From contig CP070695.1 of assembly GCA_020353515.1 (NCBI GenBank), positions 2,822,539 to 2,886,538 of the forward strand: a stretch of 64,000 nt of DNA, given 5' to 3'. Positions within the stretch are counted from its first letter, which is position 1; each line of letters starts with the position of its first letter. The translations under genes were made by a program, and so were the position numbers. The notes under the pieces are model-generated. The model did not search any database, was not told the DNA's origin, and worked only from the letters and a program-made list of their open reading frames with translations. Source of the DNA: Candidatus Heimdallarchaeota archaeon (GTDB lineage: Archaea; Asgardarchaeota; Heimdallarchaeia; Hodarchaeales; Hodarchaeaceae). Positions 39,582 through 49,166 of this stretch are shown here, piece by piece.

Positions 39582-41861
39582 TTAGAACAAAAACCCAAAA
39601 GCACCCCATAGACTGAGGAGCCACGTAATTATAATCGCTATAATAATGAGTAACGTGTACAGGACTCTTTCGCCAATATTTGCTGGGGAGGTTCGATCGA
39701 AACCACCTCGCTTCGTCCAAGCGAAACCCACCAACAGAGCATAGACAATAACTGCTATCAAGTACGCAGCTATTAATCCGAACACAACAGCCATTGTAAA
39801 ATGGTAACTTGCTTGCAGCTCAAACCATGTCGCGGGTTCTCCAGAGGTATTTATTAAGGAGCCCCACAAACGGGAGCCCTCATTCAGCATGAAAAAAGCA
39901 GGAATGAGGAGGGAGAATTGAAGAGTCGACATAAATCTTGTGACGGAACAGAAATTCTCAATTTCCCATTTTCTTAGAAAGCCTGCTATTATACTTAAGG
40001 CAAGAAGGGGAATAAGGAGAACAACAACCAGAAACAAAAGAATTGCTTGAACCTGAAATAAAAGCATGAGAAAAGCAACCACGGCACCAGCTATACTGAG
40101 GAGTCTGAGGCCCTGGACGAGACGTGTTTCCTCCAGCTGATACTTCCAGAGAGAACGAAGGTCTACAAGAATGTACAGAGGGAAAATTATGAGTCCAGAA
40201 AGGGAAATGAATTCTATTAATGTCAGGCTCTCAGCAACCGATACAGGAAAGGATCTACGAACCCAAGCCTCTGGAGGGAACCAGCTGAAGTACATATGCG
40301 TCATCACGCCATTATCATCCTCGAGAAAAGCTACAATGTCATTTGAACTTCCCTCCTTGTCAAGGAAGAGACCAGGTTCGACCTCAACAAAAACATTGTC
40401 GTAGCTGACATAAGAGGAAGGAGAACTAATTCGCTGGACACGAATCGAACCATCCTGATTTGCGGTCACGTGCATGGATTCCGTTGGAAACCCAGAAAGA
40501 AACCTCATTTTCTGAGCTGAGGAAACCAAGGCGTGAGAATTAAGATATTTCCCCACATATTTGTCCACTCTCTCTTCAAATCCTTCAAGAGGAGTGACTA
40601 CTTTGGACGCAGGATAGTACCGATCCATAAAGGCTTCGACAAGCTCAGCCCCAGCGGCTCCTGCGGAATCAGTATTGTAACAGACATAAAGCCCAACATT
40701 CTCCTCAAGGAGCATAACCTCGGTGGCTTGGAACCAGTAAGTGATACCTCCATGTCCGATCATCTCAAGCCCATTCATATCGCGTTCATAGAAGCCATAG
40801 CACACGCCATCCATTCTAGGGCGCGCTTCAAAATGCACTTGGTGCATGAGTTGAACGGTTTCATTTTGTAAGATCCTATTCTTATTATAGGTTCCATTGT
40901 TAAGGTGAGCAATGAGAAACCTTCCATAATCCTCTGCAGTCGTGATCAAACCTGCGGCGGGAGACATCGTAGCATACTCGGATGACCCCAAAACATACCC
41001 CTGGTGAGCGCTATAGTGATACGCACTAGACAGGTGGTCCAGAGCTTCTTCTGGCAGCACCCGCTCAAAGTAAGAATTGTTCATTCCCAAGGGGTTGAAG
41101 ATAGCGGATCGGATGTAGTCGGGAAAGGGCATACCCGAGACAAGCTCGACGATGTAACCAAGAAGAGCATAACCGAAGTTAGAGTACATAGCTGCCTGGC
41201 CGGGAGGAATGATCCTTTTCGGGAGTTCAGCCCGAATGACTTCCTCGAGAGTAGGCAAGTTTTCATCTGTGGTCAAATAAACGGGCGCTAGGGTGTTCTG
41301 AAGGCCCGAGGTGTGGGAAAGTAAATGAGTTACGGTGATAGGTTCAGGGAAAGTGGCAGGAACTTTGAATGTATCGAGATAGTCATTAACATCTACGTTC
41401 AGATCGATCAAATCCTGCTCAACGAGCTGCATGATTGCAGTAGCTGTCACCGCTTTTGAAAGCGACCCAACGCGAAAAAGAGTAGTATTAACCATAACTG
41501 GCACCCGCACACCGTTACTGTTGTCAAAAGACCCATACCCATTCGAATAATAGATCGCACCATCTTTAACTAAGCAGATATGGGCACCCAGAATGTGAGA
41601 GGCAATCTTTTGCTGAGTAATAAAATCATCAAAAAACAGGCGAACATCAGTAAGGTTGGAGAGATCCTGAGCAATGCTATACGGACTTTTATTGGATAGC
41701 GTATGAAATAGAGGATCATTTACCGAGGTTCTGTATGTAGTAAAAGAAGATGAAAATACAATGCCAATGAACATAAAAAAGACAACAAGAACCAGTATAC
41801 GGAGTCTGGACTCTCGAGGGTGTCTCATAAAAATCACTTCGCGAGGAACCGTTTTGTGCAT
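39582..41861 (-). CDS. Membrane-anchored serine hydrolase, beta-lactamase family
   Basis: GSLSK, HTSGL, YSN, GHGG; multi-TM C-terminus. Confidence 0.9.
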   Translation of the reverse strand: MHKTVPREVIFMRHPRESRLRILVLVVFFMFIGIVFSSSFTTYRTSVNDPLFHTLSNKSPYSIAQDLSNLTDVRLFFDDFITQQKIASHILGAHICLVKDGAIYYSNGYGSFDNSNGVRVPVMVNTTLFRVGSLSKAVTATAIMQLVEQDLIDLNVDVNDYLDTFKVPATFPEPITVTHLLSHTSGLQNTLAPVYLTTDENLPTLEEVIRAELPKRIIPPGQAAMYSNFGYALLGYIVELVSGMPFPDYIRSAIFNPLGMNNSYFERVLPEEALDHLSSAYHYSAHQGYVLGSSEYATMSPAAGLITTAEDYGRFLIAHLNNGTYNKNRILQNETVQLMHQVHFEARPRMDGVCYGFYERDMNGLEMIGHGGITYWFQATEVMLLEENVGLYVCYNTDSAGAAGAELVEAFMDRYYPASKVVTPLEGFEERVDKYVGKYLNSHALVSSAQKMRFLSGFPTESMHVTANQDGSIRVQRISSPSSYVSYDNVFVEVEPGLFLDKEGSSNDIVAFLEDDNGVMTHMYFSWFPPEAWVRRSFPVSVAESLTLIEFISLSGLIIFPLYILVDLRSLWKYQLEETRLVQGLRLLSIAGAVVAFLMLLFQVQAILLFLVVVLLIPLLALSIIAGFLRKWEIENFCSVTRFMSTLQFSLLIPAFFMLNEGSRLWGSLINTSGEPATWFELQASYHFTMAVVFGLIAAYLIAVIVYALLVGFAWTKRGGFDRTSPANIGERVLYTLLIIIAIIITWLLSLWGAFGFLF

Positions 41862-42286
41862 GAACTACTTATAAAGGATTTTTTTGTTTTTCCATGAGAA
41901 GGTGCTTCATACTCAACTTTTGACAAAAATTAGTCTTGGTGCGATTAGTAGGAGCTTCACATGTTTATTACAGTAGCCCTTTCTTTTTTTGAACTCCATC
42001 ACACAGTGGATATCACTGACGAGGCAATCACTTAGAGAAGGTTAGACATTTAGGAAAGAAAAGAAACCTTGACTTCAAGATAGTATCTTAGGCTTGGGGA
42101 GCATCAATAGCTATCTCAAAATGATCAGTAAAGAGCTCTTTATCTTCTTTTCTTCAAGGGTAGGATTTTTATATCTAATTAATCATGTGGAGAGAAGGAT
42201 ATCAATGAAAAGAACCTATCAAATATGTGATTTGTACAATAAGTGATACCAAGATTGGATATGAGAGACGAGGAACCCACAAGAAG

Positions 42287-42589
42287 CTAATCCCAGACGT
42301 AATGATCTTGATCATCATCTACCTTTTTGAAAGTATATAGCAATCCCACACCACAACCTAGCATTAAGAGAACACCAAACATCCAATGATGGAAACCTGC
42401 GATATGAAATTGACTCAAATCGGGGAAAAGCCGTTCAGGGAATCCGATATCATCTAAAAATGGAGTAAGACCTTCCAAAAACGGAACAATGCGGATCTCG
42501 TCGAGAAAAAGGATAAAACCAACGACAAACCCAAGACCGAATAAGACATATAACAGAATTTTTTTCGAACCCATTTTTTCATACTCCAT
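42287..42589 (-). CDS. Small membrane protein
   Basis: Two TM segments, FHHWMFG. Confidence 0.65.
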   Translation of the reverse strand: MEYEKMGSKKILLYVLFGLGFVVGFILFLDEIRIVPFLEGLTPFLDDIGFPERLFPDLSQFHIAGFHHWMFGVLLMLGCGVGLLYTFKKVDDDQDHYVWD

Positions 42590-42734
42590 TGCTTTTCCTG
42601 ATACAAGGTTTTTAAAAACGCTTTAGAAGCAATTAGGTAAAGCAGTCTCTCCTTTTTAAGCTTGTTAGGATCAGGTATTACTTGAAATTAGATATCTTTA
42701 AAAAGATAAAGTAATTACTTTAATATGATAAAGT

Positions 42735-43484
42735 ATGCGCAACTTAATTGATCAACTATCTTATGAATTATTAAAAGAATTCCAAAACAATCCCCAAAAT
42801 ACGTTTCAAAACTTAAATGCCATCATAACAAACACTGCAACCTTAACAACCCGATTAAAGCAATTAATAACACTGGAAGTATTAGAAAAAAGGAAAAGAA
42901 TATATAAACTGACAACAAAAGGGAGAAAGCTCATTGGTCTCCTAGATGAAGCCAGCCAACTTCTCAAAATGCCAAGAAAAGCGCCTAATCCATTCGAAAG
43001 GATTCCAAATACTCATATTATCGAATTATTGGAAGACTATGCGTTTTTACTCAAAAAACATTTCAAGGAAGCCCTCCTGTGTGTCTTCTTATTTGGATCA
43101 TGTGCTCGAGGAAACTGGAACGAGGAGAGTGATATTGATCTGTTGATCATTGTGAAAGACTGGGAGATTCCCTCCTGGGAAAAATCTCGGGAACTAATTG
43201 AGGTGAAGAAAAAACTACGAAGACGTGATTCATATAAAAATCTAAGACGAAAAAGGTATTACTTTCCCTTATCACACTATCCGCTGTCAGATACTGAATG
43301 TAAAAGATTTCATCCAGTATTCTATGATATCGTACTCGATGGAATCATTCTCTATGAGCAAAACCAATTCGGAACCCACCTCCTCAAACAGTACCAAAAA
43401 GAACTAGAACAGCAGAAGGCGAAACGGATAACAAAACCAAACAAAACGAGGTATTGGAGAATTGAAAAAGGACAAGGTGCCTGA
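42735..43484 (+). CDS. Winged-helix + minimal nucleotidyltransferase (MNT antitoxin)
   Basis: N-terminal TLTTRLKQL..YKLTTKG; LFGSCARG..SDIDL. Confidence 0.9.
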   Translation: MRNLIDQLSYELLKEFQNNPQNTFQNLNAIITNTATLTTRLKQLITLEVLEKRKRIYKLTTKGRKLIGLLDEASQLLKMPRKAPNPFERIPNTHIIELLEDYAFLLKKHFKEALLCVFLFGSCARGNWNEESDIDLLIIVKDWEIPSWEKSRELIEVKKKLRRRDSYKNLRRKRYYFPLSHYPLSDTECKRFHPVFYDIVLDGIILYEQNQFGTHLLKQYQKELEQQKAKRITKPNKTRYWRIEKGQGA

Positions 43485-43887
43485 AAGATCGCAACTGGCA
43501 TTAAAACGAGCACAAAACTGGCTTCAGAGCGCCCAAAGAGGGAAAGAAGATCAACGCTGGGATGATTGTGTCTATAATGCCCAAATGGCCGCAGAACAAG
43601 CAATAAAAGCGCTATTCTTAAAACTAGGGATCTATTACAAACGAATTCATGACGTCTCAGACACTTTTAGACAAATGACAGAGAAGGAGGATCTCCCAAA
43701 AACCTTTCGGGAGCAAATCCCAAAGATCGCAGATCGAATGGAAGAACTAACAGAACAACGAAATCTGGCAGGGTATGGGTTCGAGGAGGGAATTAATCCA
43801 GATTATTTCCAAGAGTATGCACCAATTGCCTTAGAGTGGGCAACAGACATCGTAAGGACGGTTAGGAAGGTCTTACAAAACCTTTGA
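43462..43887 (+). CDS. HEPN domain protein
   Basis: AQMAAEQAIKA, KRIHD; overlaps the MNT gene. Confidence 0.9.
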   Translation: MKKDKVPERSQLALKRAQNWLQSAQRGKEDQRWDDCVYNAQMAAEQAIKALFLKLGIYYKRIHDVSDTFRQMTEKEDLPKTFREQIPKIADRMEELTEQRNLAGYGFEEGINPDYFQEYAPIALEWATDIVRTVRKVLQNL

Positions 43888-44020
43888 ATCTTCAGATGAA
43901 TAGTAAAAATTCTTAATTTTATAAGAACTATATAAGCTTACAAACCTTTTTAATCCTTGAAAGGCGAATTATCTTTATATTCGATTTCATGGTTGTTCTC
44001 TTCAACTTAGGTGGATAGAG

Positions 44021-45562
44021 GTGGGTACTCTCCATGAAAAATATTTACAATCGATCCAGACGATCTTAAACCGAGTTACCCCGTATATTGCAAAGTATCC
44101 ACCAAGTGAGCAAGCGTTTCTCACAGAATTCTTTTCTGTTCTTGAAACCTGTGAAGTGAGCACCTCAGAAAAACGAAAAATGTTTTCTCAACTCGTAGAT
44201 GATTTTATTAAAAGAAATTATGCTAAAAATACCTATATTAGTCTCCCCTTCATGTGGTTTGCCGTTGATTATCTAAGTACCGCAAACCGAATATTAAGTG
44301 TGGCTGAATTCCATCCAAACGAATTCTATCTATATCTTGTTCAACATTTAAGAAAGAATTTGGATACCCAAGGAATTTTCAGGTTGATACAAGCAAAGAC
44401 ACCCCTAACAAGCCTCACTTGGGAGACCCTCCAGTATGCATGCAATAAATTCACAGTCCCACTAACATCAGATGAGGTTCAAACAATAAGAATCATATCT
44501 TCTCATGTCGCTACTGCAGGGATACGGGCATTAAGTCAGCACAGCTTGAAAAAAAGCATTACTCGTCATGTGAAAACACCTAGATTCTCTCAAAAGCTAT
44601 CCAACTTCTTGAAATTTTTAAACGCACAATGGACCGTAATATTTTATCCTCCTACAATTGGTTTAGAGCGCTTATACTTCTATTTCAAGCTCAGGAAAAC
44701 ACTTTCAATATCCCAAATTCTAGGATATCGGGATTCAAAGAATATGAGTTTGAGAGGGTCAAATATTTATCGAATAGGTAATTCTCAGACCTATTGGGGA
44801 TTTCTCCTCATTCCTAGCAGGGATTTAGAAGCCATGAAAAACTATCTAAAGCACAGCGAGGAAGAAGGACGAATGATTCTTCTTGATCTTGCTAGAGTTG
44901 TTGAAATCCAAATATCACAATCAATGACATTATATCAAGAGGAAAAAGGCTGGCGCGATTTGACATTACGTGAGCAACGCAGGATAAATCGTCAATTAAG
45001 GGATGGAATACCTCCCGAAAATCATGATGAGACCCCAACTTTTCTTATTTCACCACCATTTGATAGAGATTGGCATTTTAACCGAAATTATAAACAAATA
45101 GCCAAGATTATCGATCTCTATTGTAAAGCCGTCCCATCGTTTTCTTTCTCAGAGCTGGCTTCAAGATTATACGCAAAACAAAGTAATTTTAGATTTTCCA
45201 AAGAAGAATTACAGTTGATCGCTTATTTATATCACAAAAAAGTTCTCCAATGCGATTTTAATCCAATTCGGTTAATAAGCGACTTTTCACTAGATAGGTT
45301 TTCTGTTCAAATCCCAAAAACCATGAAACTCAAGCATTTAGAAATACTACTAAGTTACTTACCTAGAGCCCGTGTTTTTACAACTGAAACTGGTATTCAA
45401 ATGTGGACAGTACTGACTCCTGATCTCGTACATTTGCTGGTTCAGGATTTAGAATGGACAGTGCAACCTATAAATACTCAATATTACGGAATCTCCCCTG
45501 AAAAGAGCTGGTTCGATTTTCAGGCCTGTGAATGGAAAACACCACAAATACTATCTAAATGA
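44021..45562 (+). CDS. Uncharacterised ~510-aa family protein, copy 3
   Basis: Paralog of copies 1 and 2 (PFMWF, AEFH, WETLQYACN, FYPPTIGL, WKTPQIL); GGTGGA SD. Confidence 0.85.
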   Translation: MGTLHEKYLQSIQTILNRVTPYIAKYPPSEQAFLTEFFSVLETCEVSTSEKRKMFSQLVDDFIKRNYAKNTYISLPFMWFAVDYLSTANRILSVAEFHPNEFYLYLVQHLRKNLDTQGIFRLIQAKTPLTSLTWETLQYACNKFTVPLTSDEVQTIRIISSHVATAGIRALSQHSLKKSITRHVKTPRFSQKLSNFLKFLNAQWTVIFYPPTIGLERLYFYFKLRKTLSISQILGYRDSKNMSLRGSNIYRIGNSQTYWGFLLIPSRDLEAMKNYLKHSEEEGRMILLDLARVVEIQISQSMTLYQEEKGWRDLTLREQRRINRQLRDGIPPENHDETPTFLISPPFDRDWHFNRNYKQIAKIIDLYCKAVPSFSFSELASRLYAKQSNFRFSKEELQLIAYLYHKKVLQCDFNPIRLISDFSLDRFSVQIPKTMKLKHLEILLSYLPRARVFTTETGIQMWTVLTPDLVHLLVQDLEWTVQPINTQYYGISPEKSWFDFQACEWKTPQILSK

Positions 45563-45566
45563 TGAT

Positions 45567-45593
45567 AAAAAAAGAAGAGGAGTGAAAAAGAAA
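45567..45593 (-). terminator. T-rich tract downstream of peptide ORF 3
   Basis: Minus strand TTTCTTTTTCACTCCTCTTCTTTTTTT. Confidence 0.5.
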
Positions 45594-45614
45594 CGCTTTA
45601 AACGATTCTTAGAA

Positions 45615-45650
45615 TTACCAACCAGGGCCAGGTTCTTGAGGGGGCATCAT
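45615..45650 (-). CDS. Tiny proline-rich peptide 3, MMPPQEPGPGW (11 aa)
   Basis: Minus strand GAGGT-cgaaagaa-ATG ATG CCC CCT CAA GAA CCT GGC CCT GGT TGG TAA; an upstream in-frame ATG (45665) would add MRSKE. Confidence 0.72.
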   Translation of the reverse strand: MMPPQEPGPGW

Positions 45651-45684
45651 TTCTTTCGACCTCATCCCCCTATTTCGTACCCTG

Positions 45685-45692
45685 TTTATAAA
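45685..45692 (-). promoter_or_regulatory. TATA box for peptide 3
   Basis: TTTATAAA about 20 nt upstream of the SD. Confidence 0.55.
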
Positions 45693-46221
45693 CACCCTAA
45701 GCCATTTTAAATCTTTTAAAAACACCCAAGAATCCTTAATAGATAGCATATAAGCTATACCCAAGCCTGTATGAACAACAAGCTATAAAAGCTCCTAACT
45801 TTTCGGAATAAGTTCACTTTCATCGATCTCTCTCTCCAGGAGAAACAGAAGAACCTTCTGACATCAACAATTACCACTAAGCCTTTTATAGGTGATAGAT
45901 CCTAAACTGATCAAGGGACATATCAGTTTGATAAAGTGAGTCACAAAGGGAGAATAGACAACCTTTATTTAAAGCATTACCCTTAAATCTGACCCCTGAA
46001 GTTGCTTATCAACTCGCGTCAGAAAGAAAACAGACAGTAAAGGGGAAGAGTAAATTATTAAAATTTTTAATGGATTTTATGATATTTATTTACGTGTCTG
46101 AGAAGATAGTGCCATCAGAAGTGCTTGATTGTCTGGGAAATTTTAAGTCAATAAAGAAGAGATTTTTTAGAGGGAATATTCATGAAATAAATTTCTGTTC
46201 AAACAGATTCTGAACCATGTT

Positions 46222-47271
46222 ATGAAATGTGTCCCTCTGATGAGAGGTAGTACATTCATTAGGATAGGTAATGACAGAGAAATTAGAAATATTCACCTAT
46301 TCTTCATGGTAATTAGTATGATCATACATGCACCTCTAGATACAGAAATCTTAAGCCCGTTAGAAAAAAAGGGGTGTCAAGGCCGGATTGTCTCAATAAG
46401 GCATTTGAAAGAATTACGACACGAGATTAATGGGCTACATAGACAAAAGCTGTTAAATGAAAACTTGTATAGGGAAAGAGAATTCTCATCGTTTGATTAC
46501 GAACATACAGTGTTTCCTGAAGCAACTTCAATAATTATAGTCGCTTATCCAGATCCACCATACAATGTTACATTCAATTGGTATGATAAAGACATTTCAG
46601 TAAGAGTCCCTCCAACTTATCTCTTAGGCCAATCGAATGATAAAAGAATAAAAACATTCTTGCTTCAAAGCTTAAAACCACTTGGATACAGGGTAGCCAA
46701 AGCAAACATTCCACTCAAATTATTAGCAGTTAGAAGTGGATTAGCCCGATACGGGAAAAATAATATTGGTTATATACGAGGTATGGGAAGTTTTTGTAGG
46801 TTAGTTGCCTTTTTTTCTGATTATGTGTGCGAGAGAGACGAGTGGTTTGAACCACGCAAGCTGGAGAGGTGCGAAAATTGCACTATCTGCTTCCAAAAAT
46901 GCCCTACAAATGCGATTACTGAGAAACGATTTCTTATTCATGCTGAACGATGTCTAACATATTTGAATGAACAACCTGGGCATGTACAATTTCCAAATTG
47001 GGTGTCTCACGCGGCCCATAATTGTCTAGTGGGATGCCTTCGGTGTCAGATGAAGTGTCCAGAGAATAGAAAAATAAAAAATTGGATAAAACAAGGCCCA
47101 AAATTTTCGTTTAAAGAAACAGGATTGTTATTAGCAAGGACACCCATTGAACATCTTCCTGTAAGCACAGTAGACAAGCTGAAGAATTTCGGGATCGATT
47201 ATCTCATAGATCTGATACCTCGAAATCTACAGACTTTGATTAAACGGATAGACAATCACAAATTAGATTGA
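46222..47271 (+). CDS. Epoxyqueuosine reductase-like 4Fe-4S protein
   Basis: KLLAVRSGLARYGKNN, CENCTICFQKCPT, RC, GCLRCQMKCP. Confidence 0.85.
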   Translation: MKCVPLMRGSTFIRIGNDREIRNIHLFFMVISMIIHAPLDTEILSPLEKKGCQGRIVSIRHLKELRHEINGLHRQKLLNENLYREREFSSFDYEHTVFPEATSIIIVAYPDPPYNVTFNWYDKDISVRVPPTYLLGQSNDKRIKTFLLQSLKPLGYRVAKANIPLKLLAVRSGLARYGKNNIGYIRGMGSFCRLVAFFSDYVCERDEWFEPRKLERCENCTICFQKCPTNAITEKRFLIHAERCLTYLNEQPGHVQFPNWVSHAAHNCLVGCLRCQMKCPENRKIKNWIKQGPKFSFKETGLLLARTPIEHLPVSTVDKLKNFGIDYLIDLIPRNLQTLIKRIDNHKLD

Positions 47272-47364
47272 TAACTGTGTTACCATATTAGACGATGGCT
47301 CAAAACCTGCTAACGAATGTGAAAACACTACTCTTCATGGATGGTAAATAGTCATCCAGAGAAG

Positions 47365-47648
47365 GAATCCTTCCGACAGGGAGCACGGGGGTCATCCATT
47401 GACGCGCTACTCCAGTACCGTGTCTGGAAATTCAATCCGAGGAAATAATGATACCCATTCATTTTTACTATGGAACGGAGGATAAGTTCGTACCCCACCT
47501 GTTTTCAGAGACCTTGCAAGAAATCATTCCCCTAGCCACGCTAAAATCTTTTCTTGGAGAAGGACATTTTTCGATGATCAACATGGGAAATGAAGTCCTT
47601 AGGGGCATGAGATCCAAGCTGGAAAAACCGAAGGATTTAGTAGAATAG
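47365..47648 (+). pseudogene. C-terminal fragment of an alpha/beta hydrolase, frameshifted
   Basis: ESFRQGARG..D...WKF, then shifted frame PIHFYYGTEDKFVP...GEGHFS. Confidence 0.7.
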
Positions 47649-47667
47649 ATATGATAATATCGACATA

Positions 47668-47785
47668 ATTTTCTGAAAATATTCAAAAAACGCACAAACA
47701 TCAAACCACTGCTCGTGTAATTGAAGATAATAACTCTTTAAGCCAACTGACGACAAATTTTTGGAAAATACTTAATTTCCAAACG
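47668..47785 (+). repeat. Dispersed intergenic repeat, near full-length copy
   Basis: ACATCAAACCACTGCTCGTGTAATTGAAG..ACTCTTTAAGCCAACTGACGA..GGAAAATACTTAATTTCC. Confidence 0.85.
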
Positions 47786-48262
47786 TTACAATCGAGTAAG
47801 AAATTTTTCTTTGAAGTCAGGATCATTTGGATTCAAAATTGGTACAATTCCTAAATTACCACGAAAATCGCTATCAAAAGTTATAAATAATGTAACCTGG
47901 GAAGCTAGAGCAATAGCTGCATGTAACGCGTCAGCTGCGTAAAGATTGTGGTCAAAAATTTGTTTTCGGGACACCATGATAGCAGATCGTGTTACAGGGA
48001 TAATTTTTAGTACTTCTTCTTCAGCCATTTCTCCAAGTTCAGACAGGAAGAAATCCAGAGCTATCTTTGCAGCTTTTTCTTCAATCTTTTCAAGATTGAC
48101 TTGTTTTTTTAAAGCAAGAAACATTTCAAGGATTGTCCATTCACAAGTAACCCCCTGAAACTTAGGAGTCAATTGATTGAGTATCCAGTCTGCAAGAGCG
48201 TTATTTTCAACAGGACAGTATGCGTTATAAAAAATATTTGTATCTAAGTACACCCCCATCAT
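47786..48262 (-). CDS. vapC: PIN-domain toxin (VapC-like)
   Basis: YLDTN, TILE, DALHAAIA, TFD. Confidence 0.9.
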   Translation of the reverse strand: MMGVYLDTNIFYNAYCPVENNALADWILNQLTPKFQGVTCEWTILEMFLALKKQVNLEKIEEKAAKIALDFFLSELGEMAEEEVLKIIPVTRSAIMVSRKQIFDHNLYAADALHAAIALASQVTLFITFDSDFRGNLGIVPILNPNDPDFKEKFLTRL

Positions 48263-48495
48263 TCTTCTCCCCGTACTGATCGAATAACTTCAACTCCATC
48301 TTGAAACGGGCCCTTCTGTTGACTCTGTAGATACTGTTTCAATTCCTTACGGTTCTTAATGCCTAATTTATCTTTAATATAAGCATATATGCCACCACGT
48401 ACCGCTTCACTTCTAGAATTGATGATTCCGTCTTTTATCAGTTGATCAATCCACTCTAAAAGCTCTTTGTCAATAGAAATGGAAATACTCGTCAT
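48259..48495 (-). CDS. Ribbon-helix-helix antitoxin
   Basis: ISISIDKELLEWID..SRSEAVR; overlaps the PIN gene. Confidence 0.9.
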   Translation of the reverse strand: MTSISISIDKELLEWIDQLIKDGIINSRSEAVRGGIYAYIKDKLGIKNRKELKQYLQSQQKGPFQDGVEVIRSVRGEE

Positions 48496-48655
48496 ATTTT
48501 CGCCCTAGAATTCGTACTATCAGAAATGTTATTATACTTGTAATAGCAAATCAGTATTATAAAAATGTTACTACTTATTTACAATACTAGTGTAAATTAA
48601 ATTGCTTCTTTTTAGATCTGATGATAACATTTGTGAAAAAGCTTAATTTCCATTC

Positions 48656-49054
48656 TCATTCATCAAGAAGAACTCGGAGTTTTTCTGTTAAAGCACGACT
48701 TAATGAATCGTCTTCCTTATCAACTCTGGCAAGGAGTTGTTCGAGAGAGGGTTTCCATCTGGGAATGAAAATAAACCGATCCATAATGTCATCAAGGGGG
48801 GAGATTGTATCGCTCAAAATATTCAAAGAAAGAGAATCCCTTTTTTCTCGTAAAACTTTGAGGAAAGGCTGGTAATCATTTAGTTCTTCCCATTGCTTCA
48901 GGATAAATGTTGATGTCTCATAAACACCTTCCCAATAGCTTTTGGTCGATTTTACATCTTTGAGAGGATCTGAAGATGATATCACAAAGTTGAGAGTATC
49001 AGCCTTGAGGCTTAAATCATCTTGAAATACCAAAAATAGCTGATACACTAACAA
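48656..49054 (-). CDS. Hypothetical protein (possibly a fragment)
   Basis: 132-aa ORF, no motif. Confidence 0.4.
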   Translation of the reverse strand: MLVYQLFLVFQDDLSLKADTLNFVISSSDPLKDVKSTKSYWEGVYETSTFILKQWEELNDYQPFLKVLREKRDSLSLNILSDTISPLDDIMDRFIFIPRWKPSLEQLLARVDKEDDSLSRALTEKLRVLLDE

Positions 49055-49166
49055 CTAAAATTGTCAAAGCAAACAGAGAAGGAATAACAATATTTGGGTT
49101 AGAAAAACCCAATTTCTAAGAATAGAGAGGTGAAAAAATCCTATAAAGGAAGAAAAGCTTATTTCA

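Noticed and set aside
40171-41291. Several plus-strand ORFs inside the serine hydrolase
   Set aside because: Antisense shadows favoured by higher GC
45528-45710. 60-aa basic plus-strand ORF
   Set aside because: Derives from the purine tract and the antisense of peptide 3
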